DNA of 55,731 nt from an uncultured Alphaproteobacteria bacterium (GTDB lineage: Bacteria > Pseudomonadota > Alphaproteobacteria > CALKHQ01), in contig CALKHQ010000280.1 in assembly GCA_937988735.1 (NCBI GenBank), positions 1-55,731 of the forward strand, in the 5' to 3' direction. The notes under the pieces were generated by a model that saw only the letters and a list, made by a program, of their open reading frames with translations, was not told the DNA's origin and did not search any database. The position numbers and the translations under genes were made by a program. Positions 46,196 to 55,731 of this stretch are shown piece by piece. How positions within the stretch are numbered: the first letter of the stretch is position 1; each line of letters opens with the position of its first letter.

Positions 46196-48124
46196 CTACG
46201 ACGCCTCATGGAAGAAATCATAGACCTTCTGCGCCACGGCGCGACTGATGCCCGGTGCCTTTTCCAGATCCTCGACGCCGGCCCGCTCGATGTTGCGGAC
46301 GGAGCCGAAGTGGAGCAGCAGTGCCTTCTTCCGCTTGGCGCCGATCCCCGGCACCTCGTCCAGCCGCGACCGGGCGATCTGCGCGCTGCGCCGGGCGCGG
46401 TGGGTGCCGATGGCGAAGCGGTGCGCCTCGTCGCGCAGCCGCTGGATGAAATACAGCACCGGGTCACGCTCGGGCAGGATGATGGGGTCGGCGCGGCCGG
46501 GCAGGAAGATCTGCTCGCGGCCGGCGTTGCGGTCCGGGCCCTTGGCGACGCCGGCCACCGCCACGTCCTCGATCCCGAGCTCGGTCAGCGCCTCCATCGT
46601 CGCCGACACCTGGCCCTTGCCGCCGTCGATCAGCAGCAGGTCGGGCCAGGTTCCGCGGCTGCGGTCCGGGTCCTCCTTCATCGCGCGGGAGAAGCGGCGC
46701 TCGATCACCTGCCGCATCATCGCGTAGTCGTCGCCGGCCTTCACCTCGTCCGGCAGTGCGGCGCGCCCCTTCTCCGCCACGTTGCGGATGGCGAACTTGC
46801 GGTAGCCGCCCTTGATGAACCCGTCGGGGCCGGCGACGATCATCGCGCCATAGGGGTTGGTGCCCTGGATGTGGCTGTTGTCGTAGACCTCGACCCGCTC
46901 CGGCACCGCGTCCAGACCCAGCGCGTCGGCCAGCCCCTCCAGCAGGCGCCGCTGGGTGCTGGATTCGGCCAGCCGCCGGCCCAGCGCGGCCTCCGCGTTC
47001 TGCAGCGCGTGCTGCACCGCCGCGTGCTTCGGCCCCCGTTTCGGCACCTCCAGCCGGATCTTCCGGTCCGCCCGCAGGCTCAGCGCCTCGGCCAGCAGCT
47101 CCGCTTCCAGCGGCTCGTGGCTCAGCAGCACCAGCCCGGGCGGTGTCATCGTCTCGTAGAACTGGCCGATGAAGGCGGCGAGCACCAAGTCCAGCGGCTC
47201 GTCCTTGTCGTGGCGCGGGAAATAGGCGCGGTTGCCGTAGTTGCTGCCGGAGCGGAAGAAGAACACCTGCACGCAGGTCTGGCCGCCGGCCTGATGGGCG
47301 GCGATCACGTCGGCCTCGCCCACGCCCTCGATGTTGATGTCCTGATGCGCCTGGATCTGGGTCAGCGCCCGGATGCGGTCGCGGTAGGCGGCGGCGGTCT
47401 CGAACGCCATCGCCGCGCTCGCCTGCTGCATCGCCTCGGCGAGCCGGGCCTGCACGTCCTGGCTCTTGCCGGAGAGGAAGGCCCGCGATTCCGCCACCAG
47501 CTGGTCGTAGCTGGCGGCGTCGATCCGGCCGACGCAGGGCGCGCTGCAGCGCTTGATCTGGTAGAGCAGGCACGGCCGCGACCGGTTCTCGAACACGCTG
47601 TCGCTGCACGAGCGCAGCAGGAACACCCGCTGCAGCGCGTTCAGCGTGCGGTTGACCGCGCCGGCGGAAGCGAACGGCCCGTAGTAGTCCCCCGGCTGGT
47701 TGCGCGCGCCGCGGTACTTCATCACCCGCGGAAAGCGTTCCGGCGAGTCCGCCGGCGCATCGGGCCTCGGGGCGCGCACGAAGATGTAGGGGAACGACTT
47801 GTCGTCCCGCAGCAGCACGTTGTAGCGGGGCCGCAGCGTCTTGATCAGGTTGATCTCGAGCAGCAGCGCCTCGACCTCGGTGCGGGTCGTCACCACCTCC
47901 AGCGCCCGCGTCTCCGCCACCATCCGCTGCAGGCGATTGGGCAGCTTGCCGAGCTGGGTGTAGCTGGTGACGCGGCGCCGCAGGTTGCGCGCCTTGCCCA
48001 CGTACAGCGCCTCGCCCTGCGCATTCAGCATGCGGTAGACGCCAGGGGTCTGCGGCAGTGTGCGCAGCTGGCGGAGGATGAGCTCGCGGCCGGTGGGGGC
48101 GTCGGCTTCGGTGGTTGCGTTCAT
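46196..48124 (-). CDS. uvrC: Excinuclease ABC subunit C
   Basis: 642 aa. [38 protein letters not shown] domain, RNase-H-like endonuclease domain and C-terminal (HhH)2 [16 protein letters not shown]. Confidence 0.95.
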   Translation of the reverse strand: MNATTEADAPTGRELILRQLRTLPQTPGVYRMLNAQGEALYVGKARNLRRRVTSYTQLGKLPNRLQRMVAETRALEVVTTRTEVEALLLEINLIKTLRPRYNVLLRDDKSFPYIFVRAPRPDAPADSPERFPRVMKYRGARNQPGDYYGPFASAGAVNRTLNALQRVFLLRSCSDSVFENRSRPCLLYQIKRCSAPCVGRIDAASYDQLVAESRAFLSGKSQDVQARLAEAMQQASAAMAFETAAAYRDRIRALTQIQAHQDINIEGVGEADVIAAHQAGGQTCVQVFFFRSGSNYGNRAYFPRHDKDEPLDLVLAAFIGQFYETMTPPGLVLLSHEPLEAELLAEALSLRADRKIRLEVPKRGPKHAAVQHALQNAEAALGRRLAESSTQRRLLEGLADALGLDAVPERVEVYDNSHIQGTNPYGAMIVAGPDGFIKGGYRKFAIRNVAEKGRAALPDEVKAGDDYAMMRQVIERRFSRAMKEDPDRSRGTWPDLLLIDGGKGQVSATMEALTELGIEDVAVAGVAKGPDRNAGREQIFLPGRADPIILPERDPVLYFIQRLRDEAHRFAIGTHRARRSAQIARSRLDEVPGIGAKRKKALLLHFGSVRNIERAGVEDLEKAPGISRAVAQKVYDFFHEAS

Positions 48125-48550
48125 GCGCTCTCCACAGGCAGCACGTTCGGGAGCTGCCCCTTTCGGATGGGGGTGCGGTCGCGGCGGCGCAAGGCATTTC
48201 CCGGCGCTCCCGCATTTTCCCCCGATCCTGTGGACAAGCCTGTCGAAGACTGGCGGATCGACGGCCGCAACGGGCGGCCCGCCTTGAGTCCGACGACTCT
48301 GCCCAAAAATTCGGCAACCGGATAAGTCATTGAAAATGCTGCCCGAGCTTCCGCAGCCATGTTACGGGATTCTGGCCTTCATGTGACAGTGTGACGAAAC
48401 TCACTCTCTCGTCGGCCGGCCGCGCATTGTGCATAAACCTGGCGCGCCTTTGGCGGAAAGGGCGAAGGTCCGCCGGGACTTGCGCCAGTATCCGCGGCAA
48501 ACGGGCAAGGCAACGCCTCGCATCACCCCTCCGGAAGAGGCAGGTATCAC

Positions 48551-49339
48551 TCAGTCGAACGGGTTGATGACTTGGCCGGGCTGCGCCCACGCCAGATGCT
48601 GTCCGCCGTCCACGGTGATCAGCGTGCCGGTGATCGAGGGCGCGGCCAGCAGGAACAGCACGGTGTCGGCGATCTCGTCCGGCGTCGCGCCGTGGCCGAG
48701 CGGCATCGACTCGTTCTGCCGCGCGAAATGCTCGTCGCTCTGTCGCACGCCCTGCATCGTCGGACCGGGCCCGATCGCGTTCACCTGGATTCGCGGCGCC
48801 AGCGCCAGCGCCATGCATTGCGTCATCCCCCACAGCCCGAACTTGCTGATGCTGTAGGTCAGGAAATAGGGCGTCAGCCGCAGCACGCGCTGGTCGATGA
48901 TGTTGACGACATGGCCGCGGCAGTCGGCGGGGAGCTGGCGCGCCAGCGCCTGGGTCAGCACGAAGGGCGCCCGCAGGTTCACCTCCATGTGCAGGTCCCA
49001 GCGCCGACGGTCGGCGGTGGCAGCGTCGTCGAACTCGAAGGTGGAGGCGTTGTTGACCAGCGCGCCGACCGGGCCAAGGGTCGCTGTCACCCGGTCCATC
49101 AGCTCCTGGGTCGACTCCTCGTCGCCGAGGTCGGCCCGGAAGCATTCCGCCCGGCCGCCGGCCGCCGCGATGGCCGCGGCGGCCTCCTCCGCCTCCGCGG
49201 CAGAGCCGTTGTAGTGCAGCGCGACGGTCCAGCCCTCGGCGGCGAGCCGGCCGGCGATGACGCGCCCGATCCGCTTCGCCGCGCCGGTGACCAGCACGGT
49301 GCGTGGCATCGGCCCGCGCGCATGGCTGCTGTCGGTCAT
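48551..49339 (-). CDS. SDR-family oxidoreductase (pteridine-reductase/FolM-like)
   Basis: VLVTGAAKRIG, NNAS, catalytic YSISK, PGPT. Alternative start at codon 11 (49309). Confidence 0.8.
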   Translation of the reverse strand: MTDSSHARGPMPRTVLVTGAAKRIGRVIAGRLAAEGWTVALHYNGSAAEAEEAAAAIAAAGGRAECFRADLGDEESTQELMDRVTATLGPVGALVNNASTFEFDDAATADRRRWDLHMEVNLRAPFVLTQALARQLPADCRGHVVNIIDQRVLRLTPYFLTYSISKFGLWGMTQCMALALAPRIQVNAIGPGPTMQGVRQSDEHFARQNESMPLGHGATPDEIADTVLFLLAAPSITGTLITVDGGQHLAWAQPGQVINPFD

Positions 49340-49442
49340 GAAGTTCCCCCTCGCGGCGCGCCCCCCGGCCGCGTCGCCGGCCCCTTTGCCACAGAACGCA
49401 GGTGGATTGAAGCCGGCTCCGGCCGGCGGCCGGTCCGGCGCG

Positions 49443-49835
49443 TCAGTCCCCGCGCGGCTCCAGCCGGAGCGAGGCCGAGTTCATGCAGTAGCGCAGGCCG
49501 GTGGGCGCCGGGCCGTCCGGGAACACGTGGCCCAGGTGGGCGCCGCACGACCCGCACAGCGCCTCGGTCCGCACCATGCCGTGGGAGGTGTCCACCTGTT
49601 CGGCCACCGCGTCCGGCCGCGCCGGCGCGAAGAACGACGGCCAGCCGGTGCCGGAGTCGAACTTGGTTTCGGACGAGAACAGCAGCGCGCCGCAGTTGCG
49701 GCAGTGATACTCGCCGGGCCGCTTCTCGTTCCAGTACTCGTTGTGGAACGGCCGCTCGGTGCCGCCCTCGAACATCACGTAGCGCTGGAGATCGGTCAGC
49801 TCCTTGGGGCTGGCAGGCATGGGCTTGCTGGTCAT
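49443..49835 (-). CDS. msrB: Peptide-methionine (R)-S-oxide reductase
   Basis: 130 aa. Zinc CxxC pairs ([17 protein letters not shown]), GWPSF, and catalytic RYCMNS. Confidence 0.92.
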   Translation of the reverse strand: MTSKPMPASPKELTDLQRYVMFEGGTERPFHNEYWNEKRPGEYHCRNCGALLFSSETKFDSGTGWPSFFAPARPDAVAEQVDTSHGMVRTEALCGSCGAHLGHVFPDGPAPTGLRYCMNSASLRLEPRGD

Positions 49836-50143
49836 CGTGGCCTCTTTCTCGTGGGCGGACGGCGGGGCGCATCGGGCGCGGCCCGTCCCGGTGTCGCTGC
49901 AATATTGTCCCGGCCGGGCCGCATGGCCAGAGCAGTCGGGATACGTCGCCGCGAGCGTCGCCCGGGTTGCCGGCCGGTCCCGCTTCGCCTACCGTCGCGA
50001 CGCCGGGCGCGAGCGGCGGCCCCGGCTGGATCTCCGCAGATGCCGCTTCCGGATCGGGTGGCCGTGCTCTGCCTGACGGGTCCCGACATGCACCTCGCCT
50101 TCCGCAGGATTGCCGGCCGGCGGGCCTGGTCGACGGACGCAGC

Positions 50144-51463
50144 GTGAGCGTCGGTGACGGCGCGGCGGAGCGGCGGGCCGCTCCCGGATTCGGTGAGGCG
50201 CTCCGGGTCTGGGCCGCGATCGGCTGCCTCTCCTTCGGCGGCCCGGCCGGGCAGATCGCGCTGATGCACCGCGAGATCGTGGACCGGCGGCGATGGCTCG
50301 GCGACGAGGAATTCCTCAACGCCCTGAACTTCTGCATGCTGCTGCCCGGCCCGGAGGCGACGCAGCTCGCCACCTATGCCGGCTGGCGTCACCACGGGGT
50401 CGCCGGCGGGCTGATGGCGGGCCTGCTGTTCGTCGTTCCTGGCGCGCTGGTGGTGCTGGCGCTCGCCGCCGTCTACCTGCTCTACGGCCGGATCGGCGCG
50501 GTGCAGGCCGCCTTCGACGGCATCAAGGCGGCGGTGCTGGTGATCGTGATCGAGGCCCTGCTGCGCGTCGCCCGGCGCGCGCTGAAGCGGCCGCTGCACT
50601 GGGCGGTCGCAGCGGCGGCCTTCCTCGCCATCTTCGTGTTCATGGTGCCCTTTCCGCTGGTCGTCGCCGCGGCTGCGGCGATCGGCTTTCTCACCGCGGG
50701 CGGCAGTGCGGCGCCGGCGGTCGCAGGGGCTGCGCCTCCGGTCTCGCCGGCGGCGACGGCGCGGACCGCGGCGCTGTGGGTCGCCGTCTGGCTGCTGCCG
50801 CTCGCCGGGCTCTGGCTTGCCCTCGGCGGCGACCATGTGCTGGTCGCGATCGGGCACTTCTTCTCGGTGCTGGCGGTGGTGACCTTCGGCGGCGCCTATG
50901 CCGTGCTCGCCTACATGGCGCAGGCGGCGGTGGAGACGCATGGCTGGCTCAGCGCCGGCGAGATGCTGGACGGGCTCGGGCTGGCGGAGACGACGCCGGG
51001 GCCGCTGATCCTGGTCACCGAATTCGTCGGCTTCCTCGCTGCCGCCCGCGCCGAGGGCGGGGCCTCCGTCCTCGCCGGCATCGCCGGCGCGGCGACCTCG
51101 CTCTGGGTCACGTTCGCCCCCTGCTTCCTCTGGGTGTTCGCCGGCGCGCCCTACATTGCCCGGATCGGACAGGCGCCGCGGCTGCGGGCAGCGCTGGCCG
51201 CGATCACCGCCGCCGTCGTCGGGGTGATCCTCGAGCTTTCGCTGTGGTTCGCGCTCCACGTCCTCGTCCCGGGCATCGCCGACGACCGCACCGGCTGGAT
51301 CCGCGGCTGGGTGTTGCCGGCGTCGGGCGTGGACTGGTCCGCGGCGGCGCTCGCCGCCGTCGCCGCCGTCCTCATGTTCCCGTTGAAGCAGGACATCGTG
51401 CGCACCCTCCTCGCCTGCGCCGCGGTGGCGCTCGCGGGCTACGGGCTGGGCCTCTGGCTCTGA
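50144..51463 (+). CDS. chrA: Chromate ion transporter ChrA (duplicated CHR domains)
   Basis: GTG 50144 inside composite ORF 48572..51463. FGGPAGQIALMHREIV.RRRWL...F...LNFCMLLPGPEATQLA in the first half, and FGGAYAVLAYM...GLGLAETTPGPLILV in the second. Confidence 0.85.
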   Translation: MSVGDGAAERRAAPGFGEALRVWAAIGCLSFGGPAGQIALMHREIVDRRRWLGDEEFLNALNFCMLLPGPEATQLATYAGWRHHGVAGGLMAGLLFVVPGALVVLALAAVYLLYGRIGAVQAAFDGIKAAVLVIVIEALLRVARRALKRPLHWAVAAAAFLAIFVFMVPFPLVVAAAAAIGFLTAGGSAAPAVAGAAPPVSPAATARTAALWVAVWLLPLAGLWLALGGDHVLVAIGHFFSVLAVVTFGGAYAVLAYMAQAAVETHGWLSAGEMLDGLGLAETTPGPLILVTEFVGFLAAARAEGGASVLAGIAGAATSLWVTFAPCFLWVFAGAPYIARIGQAPRLRAALAAITAAVVGVILELSLWFALHVLVPGIADDRTGWIRGWVLPASGVDWSAAALAAVAAVLMFPLKQDIVRTLLACAAVALAGYGLGLWL

Positions 51464-51564
51464 CCTGTCGTCGCGCCCGGTCCGGCACCTTGCGCAGCGG
51501 CCGCCTTCGGGGCTTCATGCCGTGGCGCGTCATGGCGGGCTAGGAGCGATGACGGCAGTCGGCG

Positions 51565-52350
51565 ATGGCGGGGAAGGAGGGGACGATGCCTGATCTGTGG
51601 GGCAGGCGGGCGCTGGTGACCGGCGGGTCGCGCGGGATCGGTCGCGCGGTCGCGGAGACGCTGGCGGCGGCGGGGGCGGAGGTGGCGGTCGGCGCCCGCG
51701 ACCATGCCGCCTGCGAGGCGGTGGCGGCCGGTATCCGCGTCCGCGGCGGCAGTGCGATCGCGATCGGGCTCGACGTGGCCGACCCCGCCTCGGCGGAGGC
51801 GGCGGTGACGGCCGCGGCGGCGGTGTTCGGCGGCCTCGACATCCTGGTCAACAATGCCGGCGTGATCGAGCCGATCGGCATGATCGGCGAGGTGGATCCC
51901 GCGGACTGGGCGCGGCTGATCGCAATCAACCTCACCGGCGCCTACGCCATGACCCACCATGCGTTCCGGGTGATGAAGGCGCAGGGCGGCGGGCGCATCG
52001 TCAACGTCTCTTCCGGCGCCGCGCGCCAGCCGCTGGAAGGCTGGAGCGCCTACTGCGCCTCGAAGGCGGGACTGGCGATGCTGACCATGGCGACGGACCT
52101 GGAAGGGGCGGAGCACGGCATCCGCTGCTTCGGCTACGCGCCCGGCGTGGTTGATACCGACATGCAGGCGGTGATCCGGGCGAGCGGGATCAACCGGGTG
52201 TCGCAGCTCCCGCGGTCGTCGCTGGCGCCGCCGGACGACGCCGCGCGGCTGTGCGCCTGGCTGTGCTCGGGCGCGGCGGACGACCTTGCCGGCCGTGACG
52301 TGGACGTGCGCGACCCGGCGATCCGCCGCCGGGCCGGGCTGGAGGGCTGA
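51565..52350 (+). CDS. SDR-family oxidoreductase
   Basis: ALVTGGSRGIG, NNAG, catalytic YCASK, PGVVDT. Alternative start at codon 8 (51586). Confidence 0.85.
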   Translation: MAGKEGTMPDLWGRRALVTGGSRGIGRAVAETLAAAGAEVAVGARDHAACEAVAAGIRVRGGSAIAIGLDVADPASAEAAVTAAAAVFGGLDILVNNAGVIEPIGMIGEVDPADWARLIAINLTGAYAMTHHAFRVMKAQGGGRIVNVSSGAARQPLEGWSAYCASKAGLAMLTMATDLEGAEHGIRCFGYAPGVVDTDMQAVIRASGINRVSQLPRSSLAPPDDAARLCAWLCSGAADDLAGRDVDVRDPAIRRRAGLEG

Positions 52351-52352
52351 GG

Positions 52353-52763
52353 ATGTTCGATCTCGACGCGCGGCTCGCCCGCGACAGCGTGCCGGTGCTG
52401 CCGCGGCTGCGCATCAGCCAGGTCCGGCTGATGGACGACGCCCGCTTCCCGTGGCTGCTGCTGGTGCCGGAGCGGGAAGGGGTTGTGAACCTGCACGACC
52501 TCGATCCCGCCGATGGCGCGGAGCTGATGGCGGAGGCGCGGCTGTGCTCGGCGGTGCTGTGCCGGCTGCTGGATCTCGCGAAGACCAACGTGGCGACGCT
52601 GGGGAATGTGGTGCCCCAGCTTCACCTCCACGTCGTGGGCCGCCGGGCCGGCGATGCCGCCTGGCCCGGCCCGGTCTGGGGCGCGGGCACGCCCCAGCCC
52701 TATGCGCCGGCGGCGCGCGAGGCGCTGGTCGCCCGCATCGCCGCCGCGCTTGGCGCGCCGTGA
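52353..52763 (+). CDS. HIT-family protein
   Basis: 136 aa. Histidine triad VPQLHLHVVGR. Starts 2 nt after the SDR stop. Confidence 0.8.
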   Translation: MFDLDARLARDSVPVLPRLRISQVRLMDDARFPWLLLVPEREGVVNLHDLDPADGAELMAEARLCSAVLCRLLDLAKTNVATLGNVVPQLHLHVVGRRAGDAAWPGPVWGAGTPQPYAPAAREALVARIAAALGAP

Positions 52764-52767
52764 GCCG

Positions 52768-53205
52768 TCAGTTGGCCACCGGCGGCGCGTCCGCCCCGAT
52801 GTCCATGTCCGGGCCGGGGCCGGGCTGGATGGCGCCGGCCGGAGCGGAGATGCCGCCCTCGAGCCCGGAGGCAGGGAGCGCGGCTTCCGACATGATCTTC
52901 TGCTGCAGCAGCGTGCAGTCCAGCACCGCCGGATCGCACTCCCGGAGCTGAATCTGCTCGGCGAGCTGCATCCGCGCCTCGTCACAGCTCGAGTCGGTGC
53001 AGAATTCCACCTGCTCGCTGAGCTTCAGCATCACCTGGTCGCGGATCGCCTCGCATTCCGGCGTTCCGATCTGGCAGGTCAGCGCCTGCTGCCGCAGGCT
53101 CACCAGGTCGGCGTCGGTGGCGCTCTGCGCCAGTGCAGGCCCGCCGGCCGCGAGCATCAGGACGGCGAGGAAGCCTGTCGAGCCGCGAAGTACGTGCCGT
53201 GACAT
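52768..53205 (-). CDS. Secreted Cys-repeat protein, function unknown
   Basis: ATG 53205 gives signal peptide MSRHVLRGSTGFLAVLMLAAGGPALAQ. Then three helix plus Cys-pair units (CQIGTPEC, CTDSSC, CDPAVLDC) and a Pro/Gly/Ala-rich tail. High GC3. Confidence 0.55.
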   Translation of the reverse strand: MSRHVLRGSTGFLAVLMLAAGGPALAQSATDADLVSLRQQALTCQIGTPECEAIRDQVMLKLSEQVEFCTDSSCDEARMQLAEQIQLRECDPAVLDCTLLQQKIMSEAALPASGLEGGISAPAGAIQPGPGPDMDIGADAPPVAN

Positions 53206-53408
53206 GAGCGTCTCCTTCTGTTTGCGACACCGACTGCGGCGCCGATCCGATGCGGCGCCGCAACCGGGGGGTGTGCCATCCCTCCGGCGCCAGTAATGTT
53301 GGGTCGGAGGCGGCCGGCGACCAGAGGGGGCGCATGAGGGATGGCAAGGCGGGGCGGAAGGCCGTAACATCCGAGTCTCGCCAGTCGGCGTGTCCGGACG
53401 GTTTCCTC

Positions 53409-54296
53409 ATGAGCGATCCCCTCGAGCGGGCCCGGAGCCTGACCTGCTGGACCCGGCCTGTCGTGCCGGAGGTGCTGAAGGGCGGCATCACCAACACCAA
53501 CTTCCGGGTGCGCGACGGCGCGCGCGAGTTCGTCGTGCGCATCGGCGACGACATCCCGGTGCACCACATCCTGCGCTGGAACGAGCTGGCCGCCAGCCGG
53601 GCGGCGCATGCCGCCGGCGTCTCGCCCGAGGTGGTCCACGCCGAGCCGGGCGCGATGGTGCTGGCCCATGTCGCGGGCCGGGTGCTGACCCCGGCCGACA
53701 TCGCCGACCGCGCCATGCTGCGCCGGATCGTGCCGCTGCTGCTGCGCTGCCACCGCGAGATCCCGCTGCACCTGCGCGGGCCGGTGCTCGCCTTCTGGGT
53801 ATTCCACGTCATCCGCGACTATGCGGCGACGCTGGAGGAGCGGGGCAGCGCCTACCGGCCGCTGCTGCCGGAGCTGCTGCGCCACGCGGCGCGGCTGGAG
53901 CGGGCGGTCGGCCCGGTCGATCTCGTCTTCGGGCACAACGACCTGCTCGCCTCCAACTTCATCGACGACGGCGAGCGGCTGTGGCTGATCGACTGGGACT
54001 ACGCCGGCTTCAACAGCCCGCTGTTCGACCTCGGCGGGCTTGCCTCCAACAACGGGCTCGGGGAGGCGGACGAGCGCTTCCTGCTCGAGCTCTACTTCAA
54101 CCGGCCGGTGGACGACGGCCTGTGGCGGAGCTACCAGGCGATGAAGTGCGCCTCGCTGCTGCGCGAGACGATGTGGAGCATGGTCTCGGAGCTGACCTCG
54201 ACCCTCGATTTCGACTACGCCGCCTACACGCAGGAGAACCTGGCCCGGTTCGAGCGCGCGCTGGCCCGGTTCGGCGAGCTCGACCGCGATGGCTGA
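53409..54296 (+). CDS. Choline/ethanolamine-kinase-like phosphotransferase (APH/ChoK fold)
   Basis: ATG 53409 inside ORF 53250..54296. GGITNTNFRV (P-loop-like), Brenner motif FGHNDLLASNFI, and LIDWDYAGFNSPLFDLG. Confidence 0.75.
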   Translation: MSDPLERARSLTCWTRPVVPEVLKGGITNTNFRVRDGAREFVVRIGDDIPVHHILRWNELAASRAAHAAGVSPEVVHAEPGAMVLAHVAGRVLTPADIADRAMLRRIVPLLLRCHREIPLHLRGPVLAFWVFHVIRDYAATLEERGSAYRPLLPELLRHAARLERAVGPVDLVFGHNDLLASNFIDDGERLWLIDWDYAGFNSPLFDLGGLASNNGLGEADERFLLELYFNRPVDDGLWRSYQAMKCASLLRETMWSMVSELTSTLDFDYAAYTQENLARFERALARFGELDRDG

Positions 54297-55731
54297 CCTC
54301 CCCTCCTCGGCGAAGGTGGTGGTGATCGGCGGCGGGATCGTCGGCTGCTCGGTCGCCTACCATCTGGCGAAGCGCGGGGTGGAGACCCTGCTCCTCGAGC
54401 GGCACCGCCTCACCTCCGGCTCCACCTTCCATGCCGCCGGCCTCGTCGGGCAGCTCCGCTCCAGCGCCAACATCACCCAGCTCCTCGGCTATTCGGTGGC
54501 ACTCTACGACCGGCTGGAGGCGGAGACGGGGCTCGCCACCGGCTGGAAGCGCAACGGGGGCCTGCGCCTCGCCTGCAACCCCGAGCGCTGGATCGAGGTC
54601 AAGCGCCAGGCGACCACCGCCCGCTCCTTCGGGCTGGAGATGCACCTGCTGACGCCGCAGGAGGCGCGCGAGCTGTGGCCGCTGATGACCATCGACGACG
54701 TGGTCGGCGCCGCCTTCCTGCCCACCGACGGCCAGGCCAGCCCCAGCGACATCACCCAGGCGCTCGCCCGCGGGGCCCGCCAGGGCGGGGCGATCATCCG
54801 CGAGGAGACCGACGTCACCGCGATCGAGGTCGAGGGCGGGCGCGTGCGCGCGGTGGTGACCGGCGCCGGCCGCGTCGCCTGCGAGAGCGTGGTCTGCTGC
54901 GCCGGGCAGTGGACGCGCGACCTCGCGCGCACGGTGGGCGTCACCGTGCCGCTGGTCTCGGTGCAGCACCAGTACCTGATCACCGAACCGATCCCCGGCG
55001 TCACCCCGACGCTGCCGACGCTGCGCGATCCCGACCGGCTGACCTACTGGAAGGAGGAGGTCGGCGGACTGGTGATGGGCGGCTACGAGCCGAACCCGAA
55101 GCCGTGGGCGGAGAAGGGCATCCCCGAGGGCTTCAACTTCCAGCTCCTGCAGCCCGACTTCGACCATTTCGAGCCGCTGATGGAGCGCGCGCTCGCCCGC
55201 GTGCCGGCGCTGGAGACGGCGGGGGTGAAGGAGCTGCTGAACGGGCCGGAGAGCTTCACCCCCGACGGCAACTTCATCCTCGGCGAGGCGCCGGAGCTGC
55301 GCGGCTTCTTCGTCGGCGCCGGCTTCAACGCCTTCGGCATCGCGTCCGCCGGCGGTGCCGGCATGGTGCTGGCGGAGTGGGTGGCGGACGGCGAGCCGCC
55401 CTATGACGTGTGGCCGGTGGACATCCGCCGTTTCGGACAGCCGCATTTCGACACCGACTGGGTGCGCGCCCGCACGCTGGAGGCCTACGCCCGCCACTAC
55501 ACCATGGCCTGGCCGCACGAGGAGTGGACCGCCGGCCGGCCCAACCGGCGCTCGCCCCTCTACGCCATCCTCGCCGAGGCCGACGCCTGCTTCGGCGAGA
55601 AGCTGGGCTGGGAGCGGCCGAACTGGTTCGCCTCCCGCTCCGCCGGCGAGCTGCCGCAGGACGTCTATACCTGGAGGCGGCCGAACTGGTTCGAGGCGGT
55701 GGGGCGCGAGCACGCGGCGACCCGGGAGTCG
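54289..55731 (+). CDS. FAD-dependent oxidoreductase of the dimethylglycine/sarcosine dehydrogenase family, N-terminal 481 codons; 3' end outside window
   Basis: Frame 1 is open from ATG 54289 to the window end, so it is absent from the track. Rossmann motif KVVVIGGGIVGCSVAYHLAKRG, then HAAGLVGQLR and GFNAFGIASAGGAGMVLAEWV, continuing into the GcvT-like linker. 8-nt overlap with the kinase gene. Confidence 0.85.
   Translation, partial: MADLPSSAKVVVIGGGIVGCSVAYHLAKRGVETLLLERHRLTSGSTFHAAGLVGQLRSSANITQLLGYSVALYDRLEAETGLATGWKRNGGLRLACNPERWIEVKRQATTARSFGLEMHLLTPQEARELWPLMTIDDVVGAAFLPTDGQASPSDITQALARGARQGGAIIREETDVTAIEVEGGRVRAVVTGAGRVACESVVCCAGQWTRDLARTVGVTVPLVSVQHQYLITEPIPGVTPTLPTLRDPDRLTYWKEEVGGLVMGGYEPNPKPWAEKGIPEGFNFQLLQPDFDHFEPLMERALARVPALETAGVKELLNGPESFTPDGNFILGEAPELRGFFVGAGFNAFGIASAGGAGMVLAEWVADGEPPYDVWPVDIRRFGQPHFDTDWVRARTLEAYARHYTMAWPHEEWTAGRPNRRSPLYAILAEADACFGEKLGWERPNWFASRSAGELPQDVYTWRRPNWFEAVGREHAATRES

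Noticed and set aside
48121-48360. 79-aa ORF translationally coupled (ATGA) to uvrC as a real small gene.
   Set aside because: It was not annotated as a CDS. Third-position GC is clearly lower than in neighbouring genes, the composition is Arg/Gly/Pro-rich and I see no motif. It is kept as a low-confidence finding rather than a feature.

Overview
Very GC-rich chromosomal segment (GC not computed). Gene content and synteny suggest an alphaproteobacterium, possibly Rhodospirillales-like; that assignment is inference only. I support about 53 protein-coding genes and one tRNA-Leu(CAA). I saw no rRNA, CRISPR array, transposase, integrase, phage gene or recognisable defence-island architecture. Most long track ORFs rich in Arg/Pro/Gly/Ala are antisense or off-frame shadows of the real high-GC3 genes. 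The window is mainly core housekeeping (tsaD, ilvE, secA, uvrC, pgsA, mobB, ubiX, msrB) plus transport and regulation: a urtABCDE urea transporter behind a near-consensus sigma-54 promoter, a LIV-type ABC transporter with a bicupin and a hydrolase, a Fur-box-controlled piuB/piuA/piuC-like iron-uptake cluster, and a MarR/OmpR/EnvZ-type regulatory trio followed co-directionally by a NEW3-domain protein plus ABC-2 exporter. I cannot point to a convincing novel multi-gene system. The observations most worth a second look are: (1) an uninterrupted 26-nt poly-G tract in an atypical 237-bp spacer between urtD and urtE; (2) the fused PepSY-membrane/CysJ-like reductase in the iron cluster, its two related operators and related palindromic repeats on both flanks; (3) the regulator trio plus NEW3/ABC-2 envelope array; (4) a globin-TspO pair; (5) a choline-kinase-like gene translationally coupled to a DMGDH-family oxidoreductase; (6) two 426-bp gaps with no gene call. 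All functions rest on motifs read by eye from the translations. No database search was run.
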